Shown in pieces: positions 1 through 10,041 of a stretch of 64,000 bases of DNA; the first letter of the stretch is position 1, and every line of letters begins with the position of its first letter. The DNA lies in contig JAJTYH010000002.1 of the NCBI GenBank assembly GCA_021463465.1, positions 1,347 to 65,346 on the forward strand. The letters run 5' to 3'. The notes beneath the pieces were generated by a model, which saw nothing but the letters and a program-made list of their open reading frames with translations, ran no database searches and was not told where the DNA came from. This stretch comes from a bacterium (lineage in GTDB: Bacteria > Patescibacteriota > Dojkabacteria > SC72). The position numbers were made by a program, and so were the translations under genes.

Positions 1-1
1 C

Positions 2-1057
2 GCTTTTAATTATTCCGCCACCAAGGCACTGATTACCATGGTAAACTACAAGGCTTTGTCCTGGTGCAACAGCCCAAGCTGGATCAAAAAAAGACACTCT
101 ATAAGAGCCATTTCTCTCTAACATCTCTAGCTGAATGCTGTAAAGAGACCCTCTATGTCTGACCTGCCCTGAGAGTTGGATTTTATTTGGAATAGGAGAG
201 ATTTGGTTAAAGTTTTCAATTAGAGCTGTATTTGCATACAGTTTGGGGTTATGAGATCCTTTGGCTACATATATAATATTTTGCCCAACATCCTTTCTGC
301 AAACAAAATATGGTTGATCGCTACCGCCAAGTTTTAACCCGTGTCGTTGTCCAATTGTAGTAAACCATACCCCATTATGTTCCCCAACTACCTTTTGGGT
401 GTCAATGTCTATAATCTCACCTTTTTTCTCCTTTAACTCTTTTTTCAAAAAGTCCTTGATATCAATTTTGCCAACAAAGCAGATCCCCTGACTGTCTTTG
501 CGTTTAGCATTAGGTAGTCCGACTTGATTTGCAATCTCTCTGACCTCATTTTTGAGTAAATTAGACAAAGGAAAAATTGAAGCCTCAAGTTGAGATTTGT
601 TTAATTGACTGAGAAAGTATGTTTGGTCTTTATTTTGGTCTTTGGCTCGGAATAGTTGTCCTCCAACTGTTTTACTGTAGTGGCCAGTCGCAATCAATTC
701 CGCACCTTCAGAAGCTGCTCTATTTAAGAACTTGCTAAACTTGATGTATTTATTGCATAGAATATCGGGATTAGGAGTGTTGCCAATAGAGTATTGGTAA
801 AAGAAATCCTCAATCACTGCTTCACGATATTCTTTTTCAAAGTTATAGACCTTGAGTGGAATTCCAAGGTGAGTCGCTACCATATTTGCCCATTCCAAAT
901 CTTCTTTCCAAGGGCACAAATCTTCTACCCCATACTCTTCGCCTGACCAATTCTTCATAAAAACTCCAGTAACATTGTATCCACCTTCAAGTAACAAATG
1001 GGCTGCAACGGCACTGTCTACACCTCCAGATAATCCTACAAATACTTTCTTTTTCAT
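2..1057 (-). CDS. mnmA: tRNA 2-thiouridine(34) synthase MnmA, runs off window edge
   Basis: Hand translation from ATG 1057: MKKKVFVGLSGGVDSAVAA...GVFMKNW; TPNPDILCNKYIKF; IATGHY; C-terminal QCLGGGII. Not in ORF track because the stop lies outside the window. Confidence 0.95.
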   Translation of the reverse strand, partial: MKKKVFVGLSGGVDSAVAAHLLLEGGYNVTGVFMKNWSGEEYGVEDLCPWKEDLEWANMVATHLGIPLKVYNFEKEYREAVIEDFFYQYSIGNTPNPDILCNKYIKFSKFLNRAASEGAELIATGHYSKTVGGQLFRAKDQNKDQTYFLSQLNKSQLEASIFPLSNLLKNEVREIANQVGLPNAKRKDSQGICFVGKIDIKDFLKKELKEKKGEIIDIDTQKVVGEHNGVWFTTIGQRHGLKLGGSDQPYFVCRKDVGQNIIYVAKGSHNPKLYANTALIENFNQISPIPNKIQLSGQVRHRGSLYSIQLEMLERNGSYRVSFFDPAWAVAPGQSLVVYHGNQCLGGGIIKS

Positions 1058-1083
1058 ATCACTGAGTATATCATGGTCGAGAG

Positions 1084-1566
1084 ATGAGCAAAGCTCTGAA
1101 ATACATATTAATAGTTGTTTTTGTTTTAATTCCAGCTGTCTTTTGGGTAGTTTTGATAAATCCCTTCAAAACCACTGAAACACAGCTTTATGAGATTAAG
1201 GTAGGGGATCAAAAATTGATGGTAAACCTGGCCGAAACGGAGCAGGAACGTTCTAAAGGGCTTTCAGGTAGGGAACGTTTGGATGGCGAGGAAGGGTTAC
1301 TGTTTGTTTTCAGCCGGGATGTTCAGTCGCCTTTTTGGATGCGTGATATGAAATTTGCAATTGACATCATCTTCATTGATCAGAACTTTTTTGTAACTGG
1401 AATTAAAAACGATGCTCAACCGTGCGAGAGCATTTTAAAGTGTCCGTTAATAATTCCTAACGACAAGTACAGGTATGTACTAGAAGTAAACTCGGGATAC
1501 GCTAACTTGCATGGTATTAAAAAGGGTACTCAGCTTGATCTTACATCTGTGACATTACGAAAGTAA
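1084..1566 (+). CDS. DUF192 family protein with N-terminal TM helix
   Basis: GLSGRE...GLLFVF...FWMRDMKFAIDIIF...YVLEVNSG motifs. Confidence 0.9.
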   Translation: MSKALKYILIVVFVLIPAVFWVVLINPFKTTETQLYEIKVGDQKLMVNLAETEQERSKGLSGRERLDGEEGLLFVFSRDVQSPFWMRDMKFAIDIIFIDQNFFVTGIKNDAQPCESILKCPLIIPNDKYRYVLEVNSGYANLHGIKKGTQLDLTSVTLRK

Positions 1567-2140
1567 CTTTACGAGACCATTCTTTTGGAGTATGTGGATT
1601 GTATCTGGGAGCAATCTCAGCGGGTGTGTTTGCACCACCAGCATAATAGCCTGCCAAACCTCGTGATACTGTCATGATTGCCTCTTCCCAGCTTCGAAAT
1701 GTAAAGGCGGCTTCAGCTCCTCCCCATCCCCAGGCGTTGTACGGCCTGTAAGTATTCCTACCTCCGCTTGATTCAATAATCGAAATTGCTGCTACTAAAC
1801 GGTAATCAATTCGGTAATATTTGGCTGATTGTACAAGGAATTTAGCTTTGGAAGCTAAAGGTGCCCCACGATTTTTTAAATAGTTCTGAACCCGCTTCAC
1901 TTTCCATTCATCAACCTCAAGTGAACCAATTCTTTCAATTAAGGTTAAAGGGACACTTTCAAACTTAGCTAAATTTAAATTCAGGTTAAAGTTTTCAGTT
2001 TTTAGATTGCTATACGCATAAACTTCTCCAGTATAGAAGTATTGTGGTAGTAAAGTCAGGTAGCGTTCAAAGTAACCTGCAAGCAGCAGTAGTGGAATAA
2101 TTGCTAAAAGAATCTTACTTATATATGATGACTTATGCAT
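1541..2140 (-). CDS. Membrane-anchored lysozyme-fold (glucosaminidase-like) protein
   Basis: N-terminal hydrophobic helix; IDYRLVAAISIIESSGG and NAWGWG motifs. Confidence 0.6.
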   Translation of the reverse strand: MHKSSYISKILLAIIPLLLLAGYFERYLTLLPQYFYTGEVYAYSNLKTENFNLNLNLAKFESVPLTLIERIGSLEVDEWKVKRVQNYLKNRGAPLASKAKFLVQSAKYYRIDYRLVAAISIIESSGGRNTYRPYNAWGWGGAEAAFTFRSWEEAIMTVSRGLAGYYAGGANTPAEIAPRYNPHTPKEWSRKVTFVMSQM

Positions 2141-2180
2141 AGTGGGGAATTATACCAACTAACCTATAATATATGAAGCA

Positions 2181-2798
2181 GTGGTAGAGAATATTGTGCT
2201 TTGGCTAACACATTTGATTGAACAGGCTGGTTATTTAGGTGTCGCCCTTTCAATGTTTATTGAGAGCTTCTTTGTACCAATACCTTCAGAACTGATAATG
2301 CCTTTTGCCGGATTTGTAGCAAGTGAAGGGCGACTTAATCTTGGATTACTTATTATTGTAGGTGGACTCTCAAGCTATTTAGGTTCATTGCCTTTTTATT
2401 TCATAGGTTATTGGGGAAACAAGTTGATTGTTGATAAGTTTTTAAAGCAGTATGGTAAATATCTGTTTTTAACTGAGAAAGATGTGCAAAAGGGCTTTGA
2501 GGTCTTTGAATCCAAAGGTAGTATAATTGTATTACTTGGGAGGATAATTCCGGTCATTCGTAGTGTGATATCTTTTCCAGCAGGAGTTGCAAAGATGCCG
2601 TTTATCTCGTTTTCAATCTTTACCATCGTTGGCTCACTACTTTGGACCGCAATATTAGCTATTTTAGGATATATACTTGGAGCGAATTGGGAAGTAGTAG
2701 GAGATTATGTCGCTAGATACGAGCATTTGGTCATTTATGCCCTGATTGCAATAGGAGTATTTTATATGGTCTCAAGACTCATACGAACTAAGCAGTGA
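2181..2798 (+). CDS. dedA: DedA family membrane protein
   Basis: IESFFVPIPSELIMPFAG and GRIIPVIRSVISFPAG motifs. Confidence 0.92.
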   Translation: MVENIVLWLTHLIEQAGYLGVALSMFIESFFVPIPSELIMPFAGFVASEGRLNLGLLIIVGGLSSYLGSLPFYFIGYWGNKLIVDKFLKQYGKYLFLTEKDVQKGFEVFESKGSIIVLLGRIIPVIRSVISFPAGVAKMPFISFSIFTIVGSLLWTAILAILGYILGANWEVVGDYVARYEHLVIYALIAIGVFYMVSRLIRTKQ

Positions 2799-4316
2799 GT
2801 GTCCAGTCATTTCAGAAGGCGAGGGAATTCCCATTATATCAAGGATTGTAGGTGAGATATCTTTTAGGGCACCATAGGGTAATGTCCGACCAGTTAAGTT
2901 GGGATCCACAATCAATAGTGGCACAGGGTTGATTGAGTGCTCGGTATCAACCTTTCCTGTTGTTAAGTTCAATAACTCCTCTATGTTGCCGTGATCGGCT
3001 GTCAATATTACTGTTCCCCCTCGAGCAACAAATCTCTTGGTCAGTTCAGCTACACAGTAATCAACGACATTAACAGCCTTGATGCATGCTTCGAGATTTC
3101 CAGTATGACCAACCATATCTGTGTTAGCAAAATTTACAAGTACAAAATCGTAGATATCGGCATTAATACGATCTATAAGTAGTTTGGTCACCTCCATGGC
3201 GCTCATCTCTGGCTTTAAGTCGTAGGTAGCAACTGCTGGGGATGGGACTTCAATACGGTCCTCTCCTTGATATTTGATGTTAGTACCACCATTGAAAAAA
3301 TATGTAACATGTGGAAACTTCTCAGATTCAGCAATTCTTAACTGTCTTAAGTTTTGCTCAGCAACTACCTTTCCAAACGGTAGGCTAATATATTCTTTAG
3401 GAAAGATAACTTTGCTTGGTACACCTTTTCGATACTCCACCATACTGGCAAAAAATAAGTTCTGAAATTTAATTGTTTTAAAGTGTGAAAAGTCAGGATT
3501 TACAAATGCATTGGTAAGTTGGAGGGCACGATCTGCTCTAAAGTTCATAAAAAGTACGACATCATTCTCTTTAATACTTGGATTGAGATTATTGTTCATA
3601 ACTAGTGAGGGCAGGATGAACTCATCGGTCTTTCCAGAAGCATATGAAGCAGTCAGAGCATCACTCCAACCTGAATAAGTGATGCCCTCACCTTTGGTAA
3701 GTAAGTCGTATGCCTGCTTAGTTCTATCCCAAGACTGGTTTCGATCCATAGCAAAATATCTTCCTACTATTGCTCCAAACCGACCTAAACCACCAAGTTT
3801 TACAAATTCAGCCTCAATCTCTTTGAAAAATATGCCTGCCTTATCCCGCGGTGTATCACGGCCATCAGTGAAGGCGTGAACAATAAGATCGCCGGCAAAG
3901 TTTTGTTGAGCAAAAAACTCTAAGGTAGCTTTGAAGTGATTGATGTGAGCATGAACAGAACCGTCGCTAAAGCATCCCATTAGATGAACTTTGGATTTAA
4001 ACTTGATAGCGTGTTTTAGTGCTTCCCACAACGTATTATTTGACCGATAATTTCCTTTTTCAATAGCACGGTCAATACGAGGAAGATTCTGACTGACAAC
4101 ACGACCTGCTCCAATATTAAGATGGCCTACTTCACTATTACCTTTAACGCCTTTAGGAAGCCCAACAGCTTCTGAAGACGCTAGTAAGTAGGTGTGAGGA
4201 TAAGTATTCCAGTAGAGGCTTAGGTTCTTAGGGGAAGCAATTGATACGGCATTGCCCTCCGAATCTGGAGCCGCACCAAGTCCGTCCATTATGATTAACA
4301 TGACCTTTTTTTTCAT
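2772..4316 (-). CDS. gpmI: 2,3-bisphosphoglycerate-independent phosphoglycerate mutase
   Basis: IIMDGLG, GNSEVGHLNIGAGR, TDGRD, GRYFAMDR, DMVGHTG, TADHGN. Confidence 0.97.
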   Translation of the reverse strand: MKKKVMLIIMDGLGAAPDSEGNAVSIASPKNLSLYWNTYPHTYLLASSEAVGLPKGVKGNSEVGHLNIGAGRVVSQNLPRIDRAIEKGNYRSNNTLWEALKHAIKFKSKVHLMGCFSDGSVHAHINHFKATLEFFAQQNFAGDLIVHAFTDGRDTPRDKAGIFFKEIEAEFVKLGGLGRFGAIVGRYFAMDRNQSWDRTKQAYDLLTKGEGITYSGWSDALTASYASGKTDEFILPSLVMNNNLNPSIKENDVVLFMNFRADRALQLTNAFVNPDFSHFKTIKFQNLFFASMVEYRKGVPSKVIFPKEYISLPFGKVVAEQNLRQLRIAESEKFPHVTYFFNGGTNIKYQGEDRIEVPSPAVATYDLKPEMSAMEVTKLLIDRINADIYDFVLVNFANTDMVGHTGNLEACIKAVNVVDYCVAELTKRFVARGGTVILTADHGNIEELLNLTTGKVDTEHSINPVPLLIVDPNLTGRTLPYGALKDISPTILDIMGIPSPSEMTGHSLLSSYES

Positions 4317-4422
4317 AGGCAGTTAAAAAATATCATACATGATGGATTATTTTTTTCATATACTATATAATCTCCAAGTCTTGTGTAAAGTTTTCCTTTT
4401 AATGTAAAATACACTCCCAGAG

Positions 4423-4878
4423 ATGGACAGACAGATTAAAGATAAAATCCAATTGAGCTTGCTGAAGAAAAGACCTGAAGTAAAGGTTGGAGATACTGTT
4501 AAACTTTCAATGAAGATTAAAGAAGGTGATAAATCTCGAACTCAAATGTTTGAAGGTGTGGTTATTCAGAAGCGTGGTTCGGGTATTGATAGTACGATTA
4601 CAGTTCGTAAAATTTCTTACGGAGTAGGGGTTGAAAAAATTGTACCAATGCACTCTCCGGCTTTAGGTAAGATCGAAGTAGTAAAGAGAGGTAAGGTACG
4701 AAAAAGTAAGTTATACTTTATGAAATCAAGAATAGGTAAGCGAGCTTTGAAGATTGAAGGTATTGAAGATGTTTATTTGACTGATGAGGCTGAGGAGGTA
4801 GTTCCTGCAGCGCAAACTGATTCTACGGAACATGCAACCGAGGCCGAAACTGAAGCTAAGACCGAAGAGAGTAAATAA
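4423..4878 (+). CDS. rplS: 50S ribosomal protein L19 with acidic C-terminal tail
   Basis: FEGVVI...TITVRKISYGVGVEK...RGKVRKSKLYF. Confidence 0.97.
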   Translation: MDRQIKDKIQLSLLKKRPEVKVGDTVKLSMKIKEGDKSRTQMFEGVVIQKRGSGIDSTITVRKISYGVGVEKIVPMHSPALGKIEVVKRGKVRKSKLYFMKSRIGKRALKIEGIEDVYLTDEAEEVVPAAQTDSTEHATEAETEAKTEESK

Positions 4879-4952
4879 GCGGGAGTAGTTCAATTGGCTA
4901 GAATGTCTCCCTTCCAAGGAGAAGGTTGCGGGTTCGACCCCCGTCTCCCGCT
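4879..4952 (+). tRNA. tRNA-Gly(TCC)
   Basis: Acceptor GCGGGAG/CTCCCGC; anticodon arm TCTCC-CTTCCAA-GGAGA; T-loop TTCGACC; no encoded CCA. Confidence 0.95.
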
Positions 4953-5011
4953 GTTGTATTCATTATCCCAACGTATTGATTAAATGCCTGAATAATAATA
5001 AAATTACATAG

Positions 5012-5641
5012 ATGCCAACTATCAATTTAGGTGATGACAATCAGAAAACTCTTCCCCAGCCCCCGCCAGTACAAGATGACTGGGTTGATCCATGGAGTGG
5101 AAGCTTCGGTCCAAGCACACCACCGTCTGAATCAAAAAGCAAAAGAATGACTCCACAGGAGCGAGTGGGAATGATAGAAACCCTTTATACTGAAATTCTT
5201 GGACGAAAACCCGATACTCGTGATATTAACTACTACAAATACAGCACCCTTACAGAAGAAGAGATTCGTAAGCAGTTAATCGCTGGCAATGAGCATAAAC
5301 AGTTACTACTTGATGGCCGTGATTACAAAAAAATGAAGGAAAGAGCTCTTCAATCAGAAACAAGGGTAAGAGTATTAGAAGGTCAGATTAGGGATCAAGT
5401 TGAAGAGTTTAAGCAGTTAACAACCCTTTTAAAAGAAAAAAACCGCTATATCCAAGAGATTAGAGAGAAACTTAACGAACGTTTTGACACACATCCATTC
5501 AAACAGATTGACGAACAAACTTTTATTAGTGAATCGTCACAGCCAAACTCTACACATTTTGTTGAATCAGCTAAGCCCGAAGTTGAAAAAAGCGAGAGTT
5601 TATTAGATAAGATTCGTAAGGCTATTGAGGCTTTATCTTAA
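5012..5641 (+). CDS. Hypothetical protein: Pro-rich N-terminus, DUF4214-like segment, coiled coil
   Basis: LYTEILGRKPD..INYY resembles the DUF4214 LY..LGR.PD pattern; heptad-like middle region. Confidence 0.6.
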   Translation: MPTINLGDDNQKTLPQPPPVQDDWVDPWSGSFGPSTPPSESKSKRMTPQERVGMIETLYTEILGRKPDTRDINYYKYSTLTEEEIRKQLIAGNEHKQLLLDGRDYKKMKERALQSETRVRVLEGQIRDQVEEFKQLTTLLKEKNRYIQEIREKLNERFDTHPFKQIDEQTFISESSQPNSTHFVESAKPEVEKSESLLDKIRKAIEALS

Positions 5642-5649
5642 AATAGGAT

Positions 5650-5958
5650 TTGAGAATGCAAGTAGTAATTGGAGAGAGATTGAGAAAGGTCAGGCAAGAA
5701 AGAGGGATTTCCCAAAAGAAACTGGGTCTGATGTTGGGTCTTTCTGATAAAGCCGTAAGTGCATATGAGAGTGGGCGCACATTTCCTCCTTTAGGCACTC
5801 TTTTTCGGATAGCTAAAGAACTTGGGTGCGATATAACGTACTTTTTTACTGCAGATCAAAGCGAAGCTAATGTGAATGATCAATTACTTAGAATTGAAAC
5901 ATTATTACAAACAGTGAACGGCGAAGTACAAAAATTGAAAAAGAGCATTTCTAAATAG
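5650..5958 (+). CDS. XRE-family HTH regulator
   Basis: LRKVRQERGISQKKLG...VSAYESGRTFP. Confidence 0.9.
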   Translation: MRMQVVIGERLRKVRQERGISQKKLGLMLGLSDKAVSAYESGRTFPPLGTLFRIAKELGCDITYFFTADQSEANVNDQLLRIETLLQTVNGEVQKLKKSISK

Positions 5959-6655
5959 GGGCGTTTATCTGTCTTTCTAATTCATCTACAGCCTTATTAT
6001 GTAGATTTATCAACTCATTTAAACGTCTTACTTTTTCGGAACTTGTGAGTTCGAAATAGTTGTTTAAAAAGTAGTTTAACTTCTTAGGGTATTGCGAGTC
6101 GTTTATAAATAAAATGATGCCTTCCACATTAAAACTTTGACAATCGTTGAGAGTTTTATTGTTAGAAATCTGTTTTATACAAGTGGTAAGATTCTTTACT
6201 TGGTAATAATAGTCAATTATTTTAATCCTACCATTTATTTTCAACGCATACTCTTTGATATGTGCTTGTTTGAGGTTGTCTTCTTCTAAGTAACTCTGTA
6301 CCAACATCGATTTTGAACGATATTTAGCTAATTGTGAAAGAAGTTCATCATGAGCTATTAATTCTTCAGTGATATTTAAAGCCTGTGAGGTATATCCATC
6401 GGCTTTTACTAAATTGCCTCTAAAGTCTGAGATATCTTTGTGTCTGCGATTAACAAATGATATAGCCAGCTCTTCATTTTGATTGAACTCATTAATTAGA
6501 GCAGAACGCTCCTGTTCCATCTGAAGAAATGAAGTATTCAATTTGGACAGAAGAGGCTTTAAATATACAACAAGAAAAATCGTGCTAACCACAAGAATAA
6601 TAAAGAGTGGAAGAAGAGGGGGAAATTTGGGATTTAATCTGGAAGGTTGAACCAT
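5951..6655 (-). CDS. Hypothetical membrane-anchored helical protein
   Basis: 234-aa ORF, single N-terminal TM. Confidence 0.65.
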   Translation of the reverse strand: MVQPSRLNPKFPPLLPLFIILVVSTIFLVVYLKPLLSKLNTSFLQMEQERSALINEFNQNEELAISFVNRRHKDISDFRGNLVKADGYTSQALNITEELIAHDELLSQLAKYRSKSMLVQSYLEEDNLKQAHIKEYALKINGRIKIIDYYYQVKNLTTCIKQISNNKTLNDCQSFNVEGIILFINDSQYPKKLNYFLNNYFELTSSEKVRRLNELINLHNKAVDELERQINAPI

Positions 6656-7218
6656 TTGTCAAATCTTTTCTTGGACTTAACGGCGTAAATATATCCTACA
6701 TAACCAGCAAGAGCAAGAAACCCAGTCACTACTACCCATTTCAATATCATTCCTGTTTTATAATTTTGCGAAACTGGATCAGTAAGCAAGTCGTCAGTAA
6801 AGTTGATTAGAACTGAGCCAGAGGAGGTGTAGTTAGTATTAAATTGCCAGGCTATCACATTGGCGGCAATATTGTATGAACCCGAAGCTTGAGGTTTGAT
6901 TAATGCTTTATACGTATAAGTCTGCCCTGCAATTACTCCAAAAAAACGAGGGTATTTAGGTATAATCTCAACTCCACTCGGAGCATCCCAATCTATCTCT
7001 ACCTTGTTTGAATCTATTGTTGCTGTAAATTCAACAAAGACAGGTACATTCTTATTCCAAGCAGACTGCGACTCTGTATAAACTCGGACTGTAAAATACT
7101 CAAAAGAGGGGTTCGTAGTTGCCCCTGGAACGACAGGAGTCTCCTGCGCAAAAGTTCTAAACGGTAATAGAGTGACTAAAAACAATAGCAATAAGAGTAA
7201 AATTTTCTTCATAATCAT
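6634..7218 (-). CDS. Hypothetical exported beta-sandwich protein with C-terminal TM
   Basis: Signal peptide ending TFA-Q, beta-rich core, C-terminal TM and basic tail. Confidence 0.7.
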   Translation of the reverse strand: MIMKKILLLLLLFLVTLLPFRTFAQETPVVPGATTNPSFEYFTVRVYTESQSAWNKNVPVFVEFTATIDSNKVEIDWDAPSGVEIIPKYPRFFGVIAGQTYTYKALIKPQASGSYNIAANVIAWQFNTNYTSSGSVLINFTDDLLTDPVSQNYKTGMILKWVVVTGFLALAGYVGYIYAVKSKKRFDKWFNLPD

Positions 7219-7641
7219 TTATTTTAACAATTTTAAGATGACATCAGAATAGGTTTGAAAAGCATCCACAGCGTCATCGTTATTAATCTCAATGTTCTCG
7301 TGTACGATTTGGTTTCTTAATTTGTGATAAAACCAGATGTCATTATAGGATTTCTTAGATAAAAAGGGTTTTGATTTCTTAAGATTCTCACCGCATCCTA
7401 AACTATTTTTGTGCCTAAGTTGAAGGGCTTTAGACAAAATTGCATCAAGCCTAACAATACCGTCTCTATTTGTATAAGGATTACTCAAAGTCATTGTGTA
7501 TTTAATATCATCAAGCTGTTTGAGTAATTCACTTTTTTCTTTGAAGGGAATATCGCGTGTTTTAGCTAGTGCAAGCAAAAAAATAATTAGAAGACCTATG
7601 ACTAGACCTATTGTTAGCATTAACGCATAATCCTGAACCAT
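7219..7641 (-). CDS. Membrane-anchored HEPN/DUF4145-like protein
   Basis: N-terminal TM; LDAILSKAL...GENLK...HKLRNQIVHE (R-x4-H). Confidence 0.6.
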   Translation of the reverse strand: MVQDYALMLTIGLVIGLLIIFLLALAKTRDIPFKEKSELLKQLDDIKYTMTLSNPYTNRDGIVRLDAILSKALQLRHKNSLGCGENLKKSKPFLSKKSYNDIWFYHKLRNQIVHENIEINNDDAVDAFQTYSDVILKLLK

Positions 7642-9335
7642 TTCTTGTTAATTCTAACATAAAATATGTTAAGCAAAAAAAGCAGAGCCAAGAAACCTAA
7701 AAAGAGTAATAGCTCCGAAAGTACTTGTGTTTTATCGCTTATTCCTGCAATTTGATTTTCAAAGTTCAGTACTTTCTTATCACCTAAAAGCGTAAATACC
7801 TCTAAAGAAGTTTGAGATGGAAAACTTCGTGTTTGCCCTGGGAGTATAAGTTCGTTGACAGTCCCCGCTTTAACAATGACAGGTACATTGCCGCGGTTTT
7901 CCATGGATCTGTCAAAAGACACTACATCAAAATTAGCATCTACTGTCGTAGCTACCGGTGTAATAACTAAATCATTTTTAGATAAAAAGGGTAGCTTAGG
8001 ATGGGTAGGGTTACTGCTTCTGATCAAAAGCTTGAGATAGTTAGGTGAATTCGGTTCAACCGCACCCTTGCTATGCATGTCTTCAAGTGAGGGATCTAGC
8101 AGAGTCCATTGTTTGGTGTCAAAGTTGTAATACTCAACCCATGAATGGTAGAAACCTTCTTGAGTATAAACTGAGGCTTTGGGAATATAACCGACCACCA
8201 TACGTGCAGGTATTGAGGCATTTCTTAAAAGTGCAATCAGTAAATCTACATAATCTTCAGGTACTGCAAAAACCTTCCGGCCTATCGCAACATCTGCGCC
8301 CCCACGGAGAGCGCTTTCAAAAGATGTATCTGCTGTGAGAGTACTCTTTGGGGCAAGAGAAAGCTTTTCTACCACATATGTATTTAAATCCTCAGGTTTA
8401 AACTCGGGCTTATTTTCTAGAAAACCCTTTACCCTGATAAGCTCAAATTCATTAGTTAAATTCCAGTAACCTTGCGTTAGTAAATCGCTTTCTTGATAAG
8501 TCTCGTCATTTGAAAGATCTTTCTTGATTATGTAGCCAGAAATATTCACAGCTTCCTGTCCCTTTGGATTAACAATAAACCCAAGTACAATGTTTTCATC
8601 ATTGTCTAAACGTTGAGTAATAGGTTGGGGAGAAATTGAGCTAATTACGAACTGCTGTTCACTGTCGGTAAATGGTAGTGTCAGTTCATGAATTACAGGT
8701 TCCTCGCTTTCATTTAGATAAATCTTGTTGAACTCGTACTTGTATGTAGGAGGAGTTCCAAATAAGATTGAGATCTCTTGACCAGTAATTCGAGTGAATT
8801 CGTAAGAATTGTACGAGTAGTTAGTTCTTTTGGTCTGTGCTCCCTCGCTCCAGGATACCGCAGGATCATCTGAAGGGTAGATTAATGTGACTTTTGTGAC
8901 ATCCAACCCTGGTATTTTGCCGATTACTTTTGCAAACCCTCCGCTCTTATCAAAGCCTGAAAGCGATTCAAAGGTGATGTCGAATTCAAAGTTATCTCTT
9001 GGAGGAATGACCTTAGTTCCGAAATTGATTATGAGTTCAGTACCATTACGTTGGAGATGACTTGTCAACTTTGCAGAAGTCGGTTGATTTTTGAGTTTGA
9101 GATTCTGAATACCTTGATAAGGAAGCAGTATCGTGTAGTAGTTAAGTACCGCTGGTTCTCTACTCTTATTCTTTAAATCTATTGTTAAAACCGTATTGAA
9201 ACGTCCTTTCTCGTAAGCATACTCAATTCTACCCGTGGAAGTGAGTTGTTCGGCGGCCAAAGCTCTATCAGAAAAAGCGAGAGGGAGATTAAATAGTAAT
9301 AGGGTCAGAAGAAAAAAGCCAAGTAAATTTTTCAT
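7620..9335 (-). CDS. Exported transglutaminase-like protein, catalytic Cys absent
   Basis: PEDYVDLLIALLRNASIPARMVVGY, HSWVEYY, WTLLDPS; signal peptide and C-terminal TM. Confidence 0.85.
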   Translation of the reverse strand: MKNLLGFFLLTLLLFNLPLAFSDRALAAEQLTSTGRIEYAYEKGRFNTVLTIDLKNKSREPAVLNYYTILLPYQGIQNLKLKNQPTSAKLTSHLQRNGTELIINFGTKVIPPRDNFEFDITFESLSGFDKSGGFAKVIGKIPGLDVTKVTLIYPSDDPAVSWSEGAQTKRTNYSYNSYEFTRITGQEISILFGTPPTYKYEFNKIYLNESEEPVIHELTLPFTDSEQQFVISSISPQPITQRLDNDENIVLGFIVNPKGQEAVNISGYIIKKDLSNDETYQESDLLTQGYWNLTNEFELIRVKGFLENKPEFKPEDLNTYVVEKLSLAPKSTLTADTSFESALRGGADVAIGRKVFAVPEDYVDLLIALLRNASIPARMVVGYIPKASVYTQEGFYHSWVEYYNFDTKQWTLLDPSLEDMHSKGAVEPNSPNYLKLLIRSSNPTHPKLPFLSKNDLVITPVATTVDANFDVVSFDRSMENRGNVPVIVKAGTVNELILPGQTRSFPSQTSLEVFTLLGDKKVLNFENQIAGISDKTQVLSELLLFLGFLALLFLLNIFYVRINKKWFRIMR

Positions 9336-10019
9336 ACTTTCTTAGAATCTGTTTAATTAGAGGGGTTTTGCTGGTAATACCCTTCTGTGTAAGCGTTTTG
9401 TCCCAACTAATTTTCTTAGGTGTGTTCGCCAGCCTATATTCGGGGTTTCGAACAATCTCTTGCTTGGCGTTCTTACGAATAACATAATATGACATACCCC
9501 TCATGTCATCAAGTGAATCATGAATTTTGATCCCACTAAAAGAGTATTCGGCAATGATTAATGGTGTCGCTTTAGTATTTGCTAAGCACATTTCAAAATT
9601 TGGCAAAACAATTGCCTTCTGACCCTTTTCAAGTTAGTGTAGTAAATATCACCCTCGAATTTCTGTCCGAAATCTTGCATCATAAGTACACCTCCACCGT
9701 ATACAACCTCAATCAATCGGGGGTAGCTTTCAACCATATTGGCACGAGTTTTGACGAATTCTATCCCTGCAAGGTTTGGCATAATTACATAGAAATTAAT
9801 CTCTAAATTCTTACTCTTATATATTCCATCTTGATCAAGGCATGTGTATTTGTCATAAAAAGTTTCCGGACATGTGACTTCGTTGTTTAGCAGTTGTTTA
9901 CGGATATCATCAAGGCCGATTCTTTGAATTTGCTGAAATTGTAAGCCTGAGGCCATTAACGTTTCATTTTCAAAATGAATAGGAAAACCAGAGGATTTTC
10001 TCAAATCGATCTTCGTCAT
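9289..10019 (-). pseudogene. Cupin-type glucose-6-phosphate isomerase-like gene split by a frameshift
   Basis: ORFs 9582-10019 and 9289-9606 join with one extra A in the run at 9626-9629 (…TNLKKGQKAIVLPNFEMCLANT…); GIEFVKT and RGMSYYVI match cupin PGI layout. Confidence 0.6.
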
Positions 10020-10041
10020 GGAGAAATTATACCACAGGGGT

